Positions 44,471 through 54,424 of a stretch of 57,371 nt of DNA are shown one piece after another. This DNA is from Defluviitaleaceae bacterium. Its GTDB lineage: Bacteria; Bacillota; Clostridia; Lachnospirales; WQUN01. Location of the stretch: the NCBI GenBank assembly GCA_009788085.1, contig WQSB01000002.1, positions 1 through 57,371 of the forward strand, written 5' to 3'. The notes below the pieces were generated by a model. The model did no database searches and was not told the origin of the DNA. It worked only from the letters and a program-made list of their open reading frames with translations. Within the stretch, counting starts at the first letter, position 1, and every line of letters starts with the position of its first letter. The translations under genes and the position numbers were made by a program.

Positions 44471-45589
44471 ATGAAAAAATTTAAGAAATTGGCGGCCTTA
44501 ATAATAGCCGCAATCATGGTGACATCCATTGCAACAGCGGCATTTGGTATTACCGAGCACACCGATGACGGAGGCATCATCAAAACCCCAGCTTTACCCG
44601 CAACTGTTTTCAGCGTTGAAAGAGGCGAGGTAGTTGATTTCATTTACCATTGGGACAACGCCGATGAGCTAATGTTTATCGTAATCCAGGGTGAACACGG
44701 CTACATCCACCTGCGCACAGATTTTAACACATTCATGCCTGATGGTTTTCCGGAAATCGGCGACACAATCCGCGCTTTTCACGACAGATACGCTTTTATA
44801 CCAATGATTTATCCCCCGCAGTATCTGGCTCACGCTATCACAATTGAAGACGAGGATACCGTATCCTTTTCCTTCATGGGGCAATTTGACGAAAACATGG
44901 TCAGCCGCAACAACGAAGTCCGCCTGATTGTTGGTGAGGACACAGAAATTATTTTCCAAGGCGGCGACCCCTTTGAGGGCGACTTCGAGGAGCTGCTTGG
45001 CGACTTTGGCCGTACGCTTTTTGTAGAGTTTACGCTTTCACACCGCGACATCAACCCCACAACGATTTTGCCTGAGCGTATCGTTATTATGTATGTGCGC
45101 ATTGCCTTTGGCCCGGAGTATATCGGCTGGGATTTAGGCTGGGACATCGACCTTGATTGGGATGACTACTTCGAATTCGACCTAGGCTGGTTTGACGACG
45201 ACTTTGACATTTTTGTGTACCCTGTGACTGTCAACGGTGTTGGCCTCCCCGGCGTTGAACCCGTAACAGTCGGCGATTCCATCTGGCCAAACTATGTGCC
45301 CCTCCGCCCCATTATGCAGCACTTGGGCCAAGCCCTTCGTTGGTACGGCGACATTCGCGAAGTGCGCGCCAGCAGCCCCCGGGGTGAAATCTCCTTCCGT
45401 ATTGACCAGCCCTATTATTTCGTTACGGCTGCCGACGGCACGGTCACAACCTACACCCTCGACGTCCCTGTAATCATCAACGATTACACCTATGTACCCA
45501 TTCGCTTCTTCCGCGACGTTTACGGTTTTAACAACGCATTTTTCCACGCCGACACTGTTGTTATTGATAATAATGAAGTGATGGAGTAG
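44471..45589 (+). CDS. Secreted protein with C-terminal copper-amine-oxidase-N-terminal-like (stalk) domain
   Basis: It has signal peptide MKKFKKLAALIIAAIMVTSIATAAFG and C-terminal motifs YVPLRPIMQHLGQALRW and TYVPIRFFRDVYGF. Confidence 0.65.
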   Translation: MKKFKKLAALIIAAIMVTSIATAAFGITEHTDDGGIIKTPALPATVFSVERGEVVDFIYHWDNADELMFIVIQGEHGYIHLRTDFNTFMPDGFPEIGDTIRAFHDRYAFIPMIYPPQYLAHAITIEDEDTVSFSFMGQFDENMVSRNNEVRLIVGEDTEIIFQGGDPFEGDFEELLGDFGRTLFVEFTLSHRDINPTTILPERIVIMYVRIAFGPEYIGWDLGWDIDLDWDDYFEFDLGWFDDDFDIFVYPVTVNGVGLPGVEPVTVGDSIWPNYVPLRPIMQHLGQALRWYGDIREVRASSPRGEISFRIDQPYYFVTAADGTVTTYTLDVPVIINDYTYVPIRFFRDVYGFNNAFFHADTVVIDNNEVME

Positions 45590-45590
45590 G

Positions 45591-45665
45591 AAAAAGGGGC
45601 CGTCTTGCGAATGGCATTAGGCGCACTTCCGGTGCCCAATGTCGTTCGCGAGACGGCCCTTTTTT
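45591..45665. terminator. Long palindromic terminator, member of the GGCCGTCT(C/T)GCGAA family
   Basis: The sequence is AAAAAGGGGCCGTCTTGCGAA...TTCGCGAGACGGCCCTTTTTT. Confidence 0.75.
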
Positions 45666-45723
45666 GCATTTTGAGAGCTTGCTTTATACATAACGAAATT
45701 TTACAAATGAATTGTTAAACGGT

Positions 45724-47097
45724 TTAACGTGATGGCAATAATGCCCTGAGTTCGCTGTAAAAGGCCGCTGTTTCTTCCCGTGTGCTTCCGTTTAGGAAAA
45801 TCCGGCCGCTTTCTAATTTAATAACAATGTAAGGTGCGTTTCCGCGAAACACAAAAACATTGCTTTCGCCGTACCCGGTTACGTTGGATATGCCGGATAT
45901 GATTCTTCCGTGGCTTACACGGTTTACACGGCCGGCGGCCGGAAAATTATATGTCAGGGACACATCCCTAATTTCATCTGCCGAAAAAGCAAATCTGTTC
46001 CAAGGCGCGTTAATGGTTGCCGTTTGTTTCGATATATTTAGGATAACCGTGCCAAAATCAAGGGGTAGCAAATAGACTGCCAATCCCAGCCATAAAATCA
46101 CCGCCGGAATAATTGAAGCGATTAGAATTTTACCGCCCCTTGACGCAATATTTACGGTAAGGCCGTACCCCGCCCTCTTCTCGACAAAAGTATTAGAATC
46201 ATTCGGGTTATTATACAAGCCGCCTTGCCAAAATTGGTCATCGTCTGTATAAACAGTTTCGTTTTCAAGCAGCAGGATTTTGTTTCTTACATCTCTGATT
46301 TTATTATACGAGATTATCACGGGAACAAAAATTATCAGAAATGCGAAAACCATGATTATTGCGTTAATAAACGGAGTAAATTCATTGCCGCGCAGTATGA
46401 ATAGCATTGCGGCAAAGAAGCAGCTTGAAATAACAGCCAAGACAACCAAGCATCTCGACCATTCCCTTTTGAACACATGGTTTAGCGCGAGATTTATTTT
46501 TGTATTTTCGCTGTAGGTTTTTGTCCTTATTTTATTAATTACGAGATATATCAAGAAATAAAATATCACAGTAGTCATCCCGGCAATAGCCGTCACCCAA
46601 AATGATACCCTGGGGCTTTCGGTCGCGGCATAAATGATTGGAAGCATTGACATCACAAATGGGAAAGCAAACCAATTCCCCGACAGCATAAACGTGTTTT
46701 TTAATCTGCTGACCTCAGTATCTACGCTGATTATATTTTGTGTGCCTGCCCACCATTCATTTTTCCTCTTTAATGCGTATAGCTCCGAAAAATATTTGTT
46801 AAAAATTATCTGGTTCAGGTAAAAAAGAGCGGAAATCCAAAGCAACAGGTAAATCAGTAAAAGAGAAAGGTATTCATACATAAACAATACAGGCACCGTC
46901 AAAGCCAAAAAAGCAATTGTGTTTAATGAATGTGCCAAACGGTACTTTTTTACAATGCCGTTTACCGCTTTGTCATTTAGGGCTTGACTTGGCAATGTTA
47001 CGCCCAAAAGCAAATTGCCGTTGGCTTTTGCCGCCGTTCGGTTTGAAACGTAAACCGCCAAAATAAATATAAGCGCGATAACCATAATTATATTCAT
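45724..47097 (-). CDS. Polytopic membrane protein (uncharacterised), coupled to the GntR regulator
   Basis: ATG overlaps the GntR stop (ATGA). It has about 10 TM segments and a soluble C-terminal domain. Confidence 0.65.
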   Translation of the reverse strand: MNIIMVIALIFILAVYVSNRTAAKANGNLLLGVTLPSQALNDKAVNGIVKKYRLAHSLNTIAFLALTVPVLFMYEYLSLLLIYLLLWISALFYLNQIIFNKYFSELYALKRKNEWWAGTQNIISVDTEVSRLKNTFMLSGNWFAFPFVMSMLPIIYAATESPRVSFWVTAIAGMTTVIFYFLIYLVINKIRTKTYSENTKINLALNHVFKREWSRCLVVLAVISSCFFAAMLFILRGNEFTPFINAIIMVFAFLIIFVPVIISYNKIRDVRNKILLLENETVYTDDDQFWQGGLYNNPNDSNTFVEKRAGYGLTVNIASRGGKILIASIIPAVILWLGLAVYLLPLDFGTVILNISKQTATINAPWNRFAFSADEIRDVSLTYNFPAAGRVNRVSHGRIISGISNVTGYGESNVFVFRGNAPYIVIKLESGRIFLNGSTREETAAFYSELRALLPSR

Positions 47098-47489
47098 ACC
47101 GCACCCCCCGCGTATGAAAGATTCAATCTGTCGTATACGCTTGCGCACAGACTCATAAACTCATCACGGTTAATGCCCTTTAACGCCGTTTCGGAAATCA
47201 GCAGCGTAAGCTCGCTTTCCACTTTTTCCTGAAACCGCCCGGACAAATCAGCCTTGGGGCTTACCTTTGCCCCATGCCTGCGGTCAATTTCAATATAGCC
47301 CTCATTTTTCAAAATGGCATATGTTTTATTTACGGTCATTGTATTAACGCCAATGTCCTCTGCCATCTGTCGGACAGTCGGAAGCCCTTCTCCAATTTTT
47401 AACTCGCCCCGACCAATCCCCATAACAATTTGATTGCGAAGCTGCACATACAGCGGTGTTTCGCCGGATGTGTCCAATCTTATAATCAT
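47094..47489 (-). CDS. GntR-family transcriptional regulator (short, YhcF-like)
   Basis: The winged HTH reads PLYVQLRNQIVMGIGRGELKIGEGLPTVRQMAEDIGVNTMTVNKTYAILKNEGYI. Confidence 0.85.
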   Translation of the reverse strand: MIIRLDTSGETPLYVQLRNQIVMGIGRGELKIGEGLPTVRQMAEDIGVNTMTVNKTYAILKNEGYIEIDRRHGAKVSPKADLSGRFQEKVESELTLLISETALKGINRDEFMSLCASVYDRLNLSYAGGAV

Positions 47490-47555
47490 ATTAAAATCCC
47501 TTTCGCACTTAAGTCTGATTTGTATTATTTACAATAATACAAATCAGACTTACTG

Positions 47556-49265
47556 TCAAGGGGTCTTTTTTTTGACTCTAAACCTCTCGATAAGCAAACT
47601 GAGCTCACCGGCTTGAGCGGAAAGCTCTTGGCTTACGGCAACCGCCCCCTGCACCAAGCCGGAATTATCCGCCGCTCCTCGGGAGAGAGCCTCCATTCTG
47701 TTTTGGATGCGTCTTATTTCCTCGGATTGTTCCTTGGAGGATTCTGTTATATTGGCTATGGCGTCGGCTACGCTTGAAGTAATCTCCACAATGCTTAAGA
47801 GGTCGCCTGTAGTCTGTTTTGTGCCTGTGACACCGGATTCTACGCTGGAGAGAGACTTGTTTAGTTTTTCGGCGGTTTCTCGGGCGGCTTGGGCACTGCG
47901 GCTGGCCAAGCTGCGCACCTCTTCGGCCACGACGGCAAAGCCCTTGCCATGCTCCCCGGCTCTTGCGGCCTCAACCGAGGCGTTAAGTGCGAGCAAATTG
48001 GTCTGAAAGGCAATGCTTTCGATAACGCCCACGACTTTTGAAATTTCTTCCGAGGACGTTTTAATATCATTCATGGCCGTGGTCATGATTTCCATGTTTT
48101 GGCTGCTGCTTACGGCGGCTTTTTTTACTTGGCCGGAAAGGGTATTGGCCTCTTGGGCATCGTCGGAATTCTTTTTGGTCTTTTCCGCCAGCTTGTAAAC
48201 GGCGTCGCTTACCTCTTGCATAGACACGGCCTGTTCTTCGAAGCCGGATAATAATTTCTGAGTGGATTGGGCTATTTGCTCCGAGCCTATCCCCACGCCG
48301 GCGGACGCGCCTTGAATCTCCGTTATTAACGAGCTTACGGAATCAACAATAAGCCCGATGGAATCCTTTATCGAGCCAAAATCCCCAATAAATTCGCGGT
48401 TAATGCTTACGTCGAAATTATTGCCGGCAATTTCCCTCAAAATCGAAGTGATTTCGTCTACATAGCTCTTGATTGTTTCTGTCGCTTTCATCACAACGGC
48501 TTCTACGCTGTCTTGCTCCCGGGCGATTGTTTCCGTGTTGCTGTCAAATTCACTTTTTGTGATGCTGATGGACAGATTACCCTTGTCAAAGGCGTTGATA
48601 ATATTATCAGTAAGTTTTTCCGTGCGATAGCTACGGTATTCGACTCGCTTTTCTGTAAGCCTTTGCATTTCCATACTATGAGTGACATTGGTGAACACCA
48701 GAATATAGGCCGTAATTTTTCCGTCATTTACAGAGGGTATGCAGCTGTAGGTTAAATCAAAGCACTGGTCGGGATTTAGCCACGCTTGTATTTCCCCGCC
48801 CATTTGAGGCGTTTTTTCCTGAGCCGCCCGCACAGTGTGGGGATGCTTTGATATCTCGTAGTTTAAAATCTCATCTGCGTGTAATCCCCTTACTTCTCTG
48901 CCCTCTATGCGGGTATATTTTTGCATTACAGGGTTGACAAACCAAATCTTCAGGTCTGCGCTTAAAACGATAAAGGGCTCGGTCATTAAATCAATGCAGT
49001 CGACGTACTCGCGGCGAACCAGGTTTACGCTTTGCAAAATATCGGAGTATGTACCCTCCAGCCGGGCATCCTCCAAATAATAAAGTATATTTCCCTGCCG
49101 GAGTGAATCCACCATCTCCGTGATATTTTCCTGTAAAGTCGCCAGATTTTTTTCAACATCGCGGGCATCGCTTTCTAACGTGCCAATGGATTTATGAAGC
49201 CGCCGGTTTATAAAGAACATAAAGAGCAGAAGCACCAAAGAAATTATAATGATTGCGATATTCAA
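47556..49265 (-). CDS. Methyl-accepting chemotaxis protein with PAS-like sensor
   Basis: The C-terminal signalling hairpin reads [37 protein letters not shown]. It has an N-terminal TM and uses a TTG start. Confidence 0.85.
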   Translation of the reverse strand: MNIAIIIISLVLLLFMFFINRRLHKSIGTLESDARDVEKNLATLQENITEMVDSLRQGNILYYLEDARLEGTYSDILQSVNLVRREYVDCIDLMTEPFIVLSADLKIWFVNPVMQKYTRIEGREVRGLHADEILNYEISKHPHTVRAAQEKTPQMGGEIQAWLNPDQCFDLTYSCIPSVNDGKITAYILVFTNVTHSMEMQRLTEKRVEYRSYRTEKLTDNIINAFDKGNLSISITKSEFDSNTETIAREQDSVEAVVMKATETIKSYVDEITSILREIAGNNFDVSINREFIGDFGSIKDSIGLIVDSVSSLITEIQGASAGVGIGSEQIAQSTQKLLSGFEEQAVSMQEVSDAVYKLAEKTKKNSDDAQEANTLSGQVKKAAVSSSQNMEIMTTAMNDIKTSSEEISKVVGVIESIAFQTNLLALNASVEAARAGEHGKGFAVVAEEVRSLASRSAQAARETAEKLNKSLSSVESGVTGTKQTTGDLLSIVEITSSVADAIANITESSKEQSEEIRRIQNRMEALSRGAADNSGLVQGAVAVSQELSAQAGELSLLIERFRVKKKTP

Positions 49266-49266
49266 G

Positions 49267-49638
49267 TCAGTTCGCCCCCTTTTCTTTTTTGGTACAGTGT
49301 GAAAATTTGCGAAGCGAATTTTTGCACCAACCGATTTCTGCCTCCGCCGTCAGGCGGCATGGGGTAAAAAAGGAGGAGATATTTTCCTCCGAAAGCTTAT
49401 CCATGACTACGTCATAATACTCCGGTGTGTGGGGCAGATGGCAGTCCGTACACAGCTTAATTTTTATATCCCCGTGCTTAACCCAAGTAAAAACCCCCCC
49501 GCAATCGTCACCAAGAGGGTACAGCGGGCAGTAGCAGAACATGCAGTTGAACTCGTTTTCGTCAGGCTGAGAGTGACACGGGAAAAACATGCATTGCTTA
49601 TTGGAAAAAAACCTGTGACTCGGCTCCGTCCGCTGCAT
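49267..49638 (-). CDS. Cysteine-rich small domain protein with repeat-derived C-terminal extension
   Basis: The core is [13 protein letters not shown]...[11 protein letters not shown]...CGG...CTDCHLPH. The last ~35 aa are the translation of the 67-bp repeat and its flank. Confidence 0.6.
   Translation of the reverse strand: MQRTEPSHRFFSNKQCMFFPCHSQPDENEFNCMFCYCPLYPLGDDCGGVFTWVKHGDIKIKLCTDCHLPHTPEYYDVVMDKLSEENISSFFTPCRLTAEAEIGWCKNSLRKFSHCTKKEKGAN
49296..49362. repeat. 67-bp repeat, copy B (inside the 3' end of a CDS)
   Basis: It matches 44376-44442 at 64/67 positions. All three differences fall in the hairpin region. Confidence 0.85.
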
Positions 49639-49728
49639 TATTAAAGCTCCTTTGAAGTTTGGGTTGACAATATCTTAGATTAAGTCATTATAGTATTAAA
49701 ATCGTATTATGAAAAGGAAGTTTTTCTT

Positions 49729-50673
49729 ATGATTAACAAATTTTTTATGCAGGAATTTCTGTTATACTCGGTCTACCTCGCTCCCCGGGGCAATGACCGA
49801 CTGATGATGTTGGGCGAACAAATCTCCCACCGGCACCTGAGTGTCAATGACCGGCTGATTGGGATTGTGGGTGATGCAGGCTCGGGCAAGTCTTCTCTGA
49901 TAAAGGGAATGTTCCCCGGTCTGGAGCTGTCTAATCACGACCACGGCATAAACCCCGGCAAAATCATGCAAATCCGCGACCCCATCGACAGCATGAACGA
50001 CGCGGCGACTTTTCATATGGACATGCGCTTCCAAACGGCGTTTACGCAAATGCATGAAATCGTCACCTTTGTGCGGACGGCGTTGGTTAAGCATCGCCGT
50101 GTAATCATCGAGCATTTTGACCTGCTGTACCCCCATATAGATATGAATGCGGAAATTTTGGTGGGAATCGGCGAGGAGATTATCATTGCGCGGCCGACGG
50201 TTTTTGGGCCGTCACCCAAGGATATTTATGAAATCGTATTTCCGTCGGCCAAGTACCGCAGAATGGCGCACACAGCCGAGGACATCACAATGCTTGTAAT
50301 AATGAAGGAATACGGAATGCCCCGCAATTGGGACACAAACGACGTGCGCAAGGGCTTTGTAATGACCTTTGCCAATCCGCCGAACGTAAGTGTCTCCGAG
50401 CTAAACACCTTGGAAGCTCGCGTAAGACAAATTATTGCCGATGATTTGCCCGTAAGCTACTTAAACGAGGAGTATATAAAAATAGGCGAAGACCACATAA
50501 AATGCGCCGGCCCGCGCATACATGTGCGCAGTACCGGCGAAATTGAGAATTTTAGACTTATGAAGGAAATTTTCCATGACCCCATGCGCGGTGAATATCT
50601 GCTGGTTGGGCTGGTCGGCGAACAGGAATATGAGCAAAGCCTGAGCAACTTAAACAAGCTAAGCAAATTCTAA
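49729..50673 (+). CDS. Uncharacterised P-loop NTPase
   Basis: It has Walker A GDAGSGKSS. The rest of the protein was not recognised. Confidence 0.6.
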   Translation: MINKFFMQEFLLYSVYLAPRGNDRLMMLGEQISHRHLSVNDRLIGIVGDAGSGKSSLIKGMFPGLELSNHDHGINPGKIMQIRDPIDSMNDAATFHMDMRFQTAFTQMHEIVTFVRTALVKHRRVIIEHFDLLYPHIDMNAEILVGIGEEIIIARPTVFGPSPKDIYEIVFPSAKYRRMAHTAEDITMLVIMKEYGMPRNWDTNDVRKGFVMTFANPPNVSVSELNTLEARVRQIIADDLPVSYLNEEYIKIGEDHIKCAGPRIHVRSTGEIENFRLMKEIFHDPMRGEYLLVGLVGEQEYEQSLSNLNKLSKF

Positions 50674-50694
50674 ATCAGCGCGACGAAAACTCAA

Positions 50695-50721
50695 CAAAAA
50701 AACCGCGATTCGCGGTTTTTT
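50695..50721. terminator. Bidirectional intrinsic terminator
   Basis: The sequence is AAAAAAACCGCGATTCGCGGTTTTTT. Confidence 0.75.
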
Positions 50722-50759
50722 GCTGTTAAAGCTTTTGCATCGCTTTTTTTCAACTGAAC

Positions 50760-51005
50760 TTAGGTATTAATCGTCTCTCTGCGTGTATCGTTGCGCATAC
50801 CGTCACGATAATCCCTTCCGAAGAAGCTGAGGCAATAAAGACCTGCCAGCGCGACGAGGGTATATATGATGCGGCTGACGATTGCCTCCATGCCGCCGAA
50901 AACTGTAGCGACTAAGTCAAACCGAAACAGCCCGATTAGCCCCCAGTTGACAGCACCGATTATAACAAGCGTCAGCGCGATGTAGTCCCATGTTCTTGAA
51001 CGCAT
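50760..51005 (-). CDS. DUF378-family small membrane protein
   Basis: WDYIALTLVIIGAVNWGLIGLFRFDLVATVFGG is characteristic of the family. Confidence 0.75.
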   Translation of the reverse strand: MRSRTWDYIALTLVIIGAVNWGLIGLFRFDLVATVFGGMEAIVSRIIYTLVALAGLYCLSFFGRDYRDGMRNDTRRETINT

Positions 51006-51083
51006 AAGATTTTCCTCCTTCCGTTCGTTATAATTTCTAGTATCTCTAATGGAAGGGGAAAATATGCGCGTTTGAATTTATTT

Positions 51084-51713
51084 TTAACGAGTCAAATCTG
51101 CTATTTCTTGGATTAAATACATACGGTTGTCAAGTTCGGCAATTTTTTCGGCACATTCTTTTAGTTCGCGCAGAAGAGTATCGGGCATTTGGTTGTTATA
51201 TTTATATCGCACCTTATGCTCCAGCGACGCCCAAAAATCCATAGCTTGGGTGCGAAGTTGAACCTCCACGGGTAAATGCTCTGTGGTGACGGTCATATAT
51301 ATCGGAACTTCTATTATAAGATGAAAACTGCGATAACCGGAGGGCTTCGGCTCTGACAGATAATCTTTTTCGCCTAAAATTTTAATGTCGGGCTGGCGTT
51401 TGATAACTTCCGCCATGAGGAAAATATCCTTGGCATAGGAGCATATGCAACGTATTCCGGCGATATCCGTAAGGTGAGTGCGGGCGTTGGCCGCCGTTAT
51501 CTCGAAGTTGCGACGATGCAGCTTTTCCGCGATGGACTCCGGGGATTTTACGCGGCTTTTCACATGCTCAACAGGATTATAGGGCTGCAAATGCGTAAAA
51601 TCCTCCAGCAATGTTTCAACACGGGTATTCATATTGTTTAATGCGCATCGGTACAGCACAAGCTGCTCCTTTAATTTACTAAACTCCTCCGGTGAAAAAA
51701 GAACTCCCAACAT
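51084..51713 (-). CDS. Small alarmone synthetase (RelQ/RelP-type GTP pyrophosphokinase)
   Basis: RelA/SpoT synthetase motifs are present: VKSRVKSPESIAEKL, DIAGIRCIC, GYRSFHLII, VEVQLRTQAMDFWASLEHK. Confidence 0.85.
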   Translation of the reverse strand: MLGVLFSPEEFSKLKEQLVLYRCALNNMNTRVETLLEDFTHLQPYNPVEHVKSRVKSPESIAEKLHRRNFEITAANARTHLTDIAGIRCICSYAKDIFLMAEVIKRQPDIKILGEKDYLSEPKPSGYRSFHLIIEVPIYMTVTTEHLPVEVQLRTQAMDFWASLEHKVRYKYNNQMPDTLLRELKECAEKIAELDNRMYLIQEIADLTR

Positions 51714-51731
51714 GTATCACTCCTTGGACTT

Positions 51732-53126
51732 TTATTTCTGCCGTGGCAGACTTAGTGTTAAAATCGCTCCGCCCTCCGGGCCGTTTTCGGCGGTGGCGAT
51801 GCCTTTGTGCTGGTCGATTATGGATTTTACAATTGAAAGACCGATTCCGGCCAGTCCGTTCTTTCCGCGGTAAAACCGCTCGAATACCAACGGAAGCACC
51901 TCCGTTTCAAAGCCCTCGCCGTCGTCGGTAACGCACAAAATGGCACGGACTCCCATTGCAAAGCATTCCACGGTAATTGTAGTGCTGGCATATCGCACTG
52001 CATTTGAGATTAAATTGTCAACGGCGCGGTCGATGTAAGATTTTACGCACAGTATGTTTATAGGCTCTCCGTCGGGGTCGTAATTTAATACAAGCCCCTT
52101 GCTTACGACCAGTTGACGCTGCTGGCGTACACGCTCATTAACGATGGCGCGAAGGTTTGCGTTTTCCATAGGCGGAAGGGTCAAATTGTCGATACGGGAT
52201 ACGTACAATATGTCATCCACCATTCCGGTCAGCCGTGCGGTGGCATCAAGAATGGTTTCGGAAGCGTCGTCGGCCGGCATTATTCCGTACTTAATGCCCT
52301 CGGCGTAGCTTTTGATGGACATAAGCGGGGTGCGCAGCTCATGGGAAACATTTTGGAAAAATGTCTTTTGGTCATTGTCATAACCGGCCAACTGCCGTGC
52401 GGTTTGGTTAAGGCTTTGGTTCAGCTCTTCAAATTCCTCGTTGGCAAAAGTAAGGCTGTTTGGAGAAAAATCACCGGAGCCGATTTTCCTTACGAAGTCG
52501 CGAAGCAGGCGAAGTGGCCGCACCATGGAATCCGCCAAAAACCCGGCGATAACCATGGAAACCAGCCAAATAAGCGTCACAAGTGCAAGCAGAAGCCGGT
52601 TGACCACAGTAACAAAATGCAGGGAATAAGTCACATCCAAGTAGAAAATTTCAATAAATTGAACTGGCTCTCGGTCGCCTCCGCTTGGGGGCGGGATTCT
52701 GAACGAAGAAGCACTGATGAAAAACACCTGGTTGTCAATGTGCACGCGCCTATTACTAAAGTCGTTCCAATCATATGGGGTGGTCGTATCAGCCAGCCAG
52801 GCGGCAATGATATCTGAATTCGGAGGTCTGTTCACATTCCACCAGACAAGGTTTCTCCACAGATGGACTTCTGACAACGTAAGCGTGTGTACTTCTGCTT
52901 GGTGAAACCGACGGTTGCCGTCCAAAGTGCGCATAAACCAGCCCCGGTGGGGGGGAGTCATTTCTTGGGCGGCCGTTAGTGCCTCCACAGCACTTGCGGT
53001 TACATATCTGTGAACAGCCAAATTAAAGGCCATTCCAACCATTGCAAAAGACAGAAACAACAACAGTGAAAAGACCGTAAGTATATGGGTTTGAAGCCTC
53101 CCCTGAATTTTTTTAAGGATTCGCAT
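51732..53126 (-). CDS. Sensor histidine kinase (TM-HAMP-HisKA-HATPase)
   Basis: It has H-box SHELRTPL, N-box LISNAVRY and G-boxes DDGEGF and GLAGIGLSI. The start is uncertain, and the ORF is open to 53165. Confidence 0.85.
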   Translation of the reverse strand: MRILKKIQGRLQTHILTVFSLLLFLSFAMVGMAFNLAVHRYVTASAVEALTAAQEMTPPHRGWFMRTLDGNRRFHQAEVHTLTLSEVHLWRNLVWWNVNRPPNSDIIAAWLADTTTPYDWNDFSNRRVHIDNQVFFISASSFRIPPPSGGDREPVQFIEIFYLDVTYSLHFVTVVNRLLLALVTLIWLVSMVIAGFLADSMVRPLRLLRDFVRKIGSGDFSPNSLTFANEEFEELNQSLNQTARQLAGYDNDQKTFFQNVSHELRTPLMSIKSYAEGIKYGIMPADDASETILDATARLTGMVDDILYVSRIDNLTLPPMENANLRAIVNERVRQQRQLVVSKGLVLNYDPDGEPINILCVKSYIDRAVDNLISNAVRYASTTITVECFAMGVRAILCVTDDGEGFETEVLPLVFERFYRGKNGLAGIGLSIVKSIIDQHKGIATAENGPEGGAILTLSLPRQK

Positions 53127-53535
53127 GACGGGCGGTTGCGGCATTTTCAAACGCGATTCGTTCAAATTCCACGCGGCGGAAGATGGCCTTTACTCGCGAA
53201 ACAATGCTCATTGGACTGGTAGGCTTAGTAAAGAAATCGTCGCTTCCCAAATCCATTGCCGTTTGATAATCCAAGTCGCTGTCTCTGGCCGACAACATTA
53301 TTATGGGCACGTGGCTGACCTTTCGCAGCTCCTCGCAAATTTTAAATCCGCTGGAGCCCGGCATCATTACATCTAAGACGACAAGGTTGGAGGGCTTTTC
53401 GAAAAAAGCCTCCAAAAGCGAATCCCCATCCTCAAAAGCGTGAACCTCGTAGCCTCCGTTTTCCAAAAATGTTTTCAAAGCTTCCCTAATACTGTAGTCA
53501 TCGTCGGCAATGTAAATCAATTTAGGTATGTCCAT
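53113..53535 (-). CDS. Response regulator, receiver domain only (no output domain)
   Basis: It has DDD...D(VLDVMMPG)...SARD...K (FFTKP) and ends about 20 aa after an OmpR-type linker (KAIFRRVE). SD GGAG lies 8 nt upstream of ATG 53535. Confidence 0.8.
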   Translation of the reverse strand: MDIPKLIYIADDDYSIREALKTFLENGGYEVHAFEDGDSLLEAFFEKPSNLVVLDVMMPGSSGFKICEELRKVSHVPIIMLSARDSDLDYQTAMDLGSDDFFTKPTSPMSIVSRVKAIFRRVEFERIAFENAATARHANP

Positions 53536-53580
53536 TATTACCACTCCAATATGTGCATTTTTTTAGACATACAAAACAGC

Positions 53581-54270
53581 CTATTCGGCCGCTTGCTCCT
53601 TGTTGCGGTTTTTAAGCCAGGAAACAAGCAGTCTAATATAGTATACGCCGTTGGAACCAATAGCCATTGCGGCTATTATAACGGCAATGGCGTTGAGGAA
53701 ATAAACATGGTTGACTATATTGAACATACGGTTGACCACGAAGCTTAGCCGCATCACGTTTTGGCCTTTTAGGACATTTCCGATGGTCAAGCCAACAAGG
53801 GTTGCGGCAATGAACCATTCAATGACAACGCCCGAAGTGGGAACCTGTAAAATGTGTACCAAGTAGATTGTTGTCGCGACAATTAGCGTGGAAAATATAA
53901 CGGCGGCGACATTATAGTATTTGCGGGGTACATGTATGCCCCTGTCCACACGCCAGTCAAAAAACCAGAATACATAGTTACGTACTGATGCCTGGGCGAA
54001 TAAAGCGGCCAAGGTCCAGTTTCCAAGGAAGGACGCCGACACAGCCAGGAAAAATGTGCCAAACCCAAGCAGAAGCATAACCTTCAGCTTTTTTTTGCAT
54101 TGAAAAGACCACACCATAAACACAAGCGCGATAAACGCAAATATTTGGCTTACAATCCATATTGGGCTGGACAATTCCGGCGGTATGAATACGTATTCAT
54201 TGATGGCGGTATCGAAATGGTAGTACCCTCTAGTGATACGTTCAAACGCATTCACAAAAAAATCAATCAT
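53581..54270 (-). CDS. Polytopic membrane protein (possibly YgjV-like)
   Basis: It has about six TM segments. The family assignment is tentative. Confidence 0.5.
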   Translation of the reverse strand: MIDFFVNAFERITRGYYHFDTAINEYVFIPPELSSPIWIVSQIFAFIALVFMVWSFQCKKKLKVMLLLGFGTFFLAVSASFLGNWTLAALFAQASVRNYVFWFFDWRVDRGIHVPRKYYNVAAVIFSTLIVATTIYLVHILQVPTSGVVIEWFIAATLVGLTIGNVLKGQNVMRLSFVVNRMFNIVNHVYFLNAIAVIIAAMAIGSNGVYYIRLLVSWLKNRNKEQAAE

Positions 54271-54367
54271 TCTAAAAATCCTCCCTATGCGAAATCCTAT
54301 GCTACTGCGACATAATACAGGAAAAAAACCCTTAATACAATACCCGCCCGGTTGACATAGTTGTTAT

Positions 54368-54395
54368 TTGACACACCCCCCCGCCGTGATATACT
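54368..54395 (+). promoter_or_regulatory. Sigma-A-type promoter with extended -10
   Basis: The sequence is TTGACA, a 16-nt spacer ending in TGA, then TATACT. Confidence 0.5.
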
Positions 54396-54424
54396 TGTCG
54401 AAAATAGCAAAAAGGGTGAATGAA

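Noticed and set aside
44365-44643. 92-aa minus-strand ORF upstream of or overlapping the stalk-domain protein gene
   Set aside because: Its C-terminal part is just the translation of 67-bp repeat copy A, and the rest is antisense to a signal peptide.
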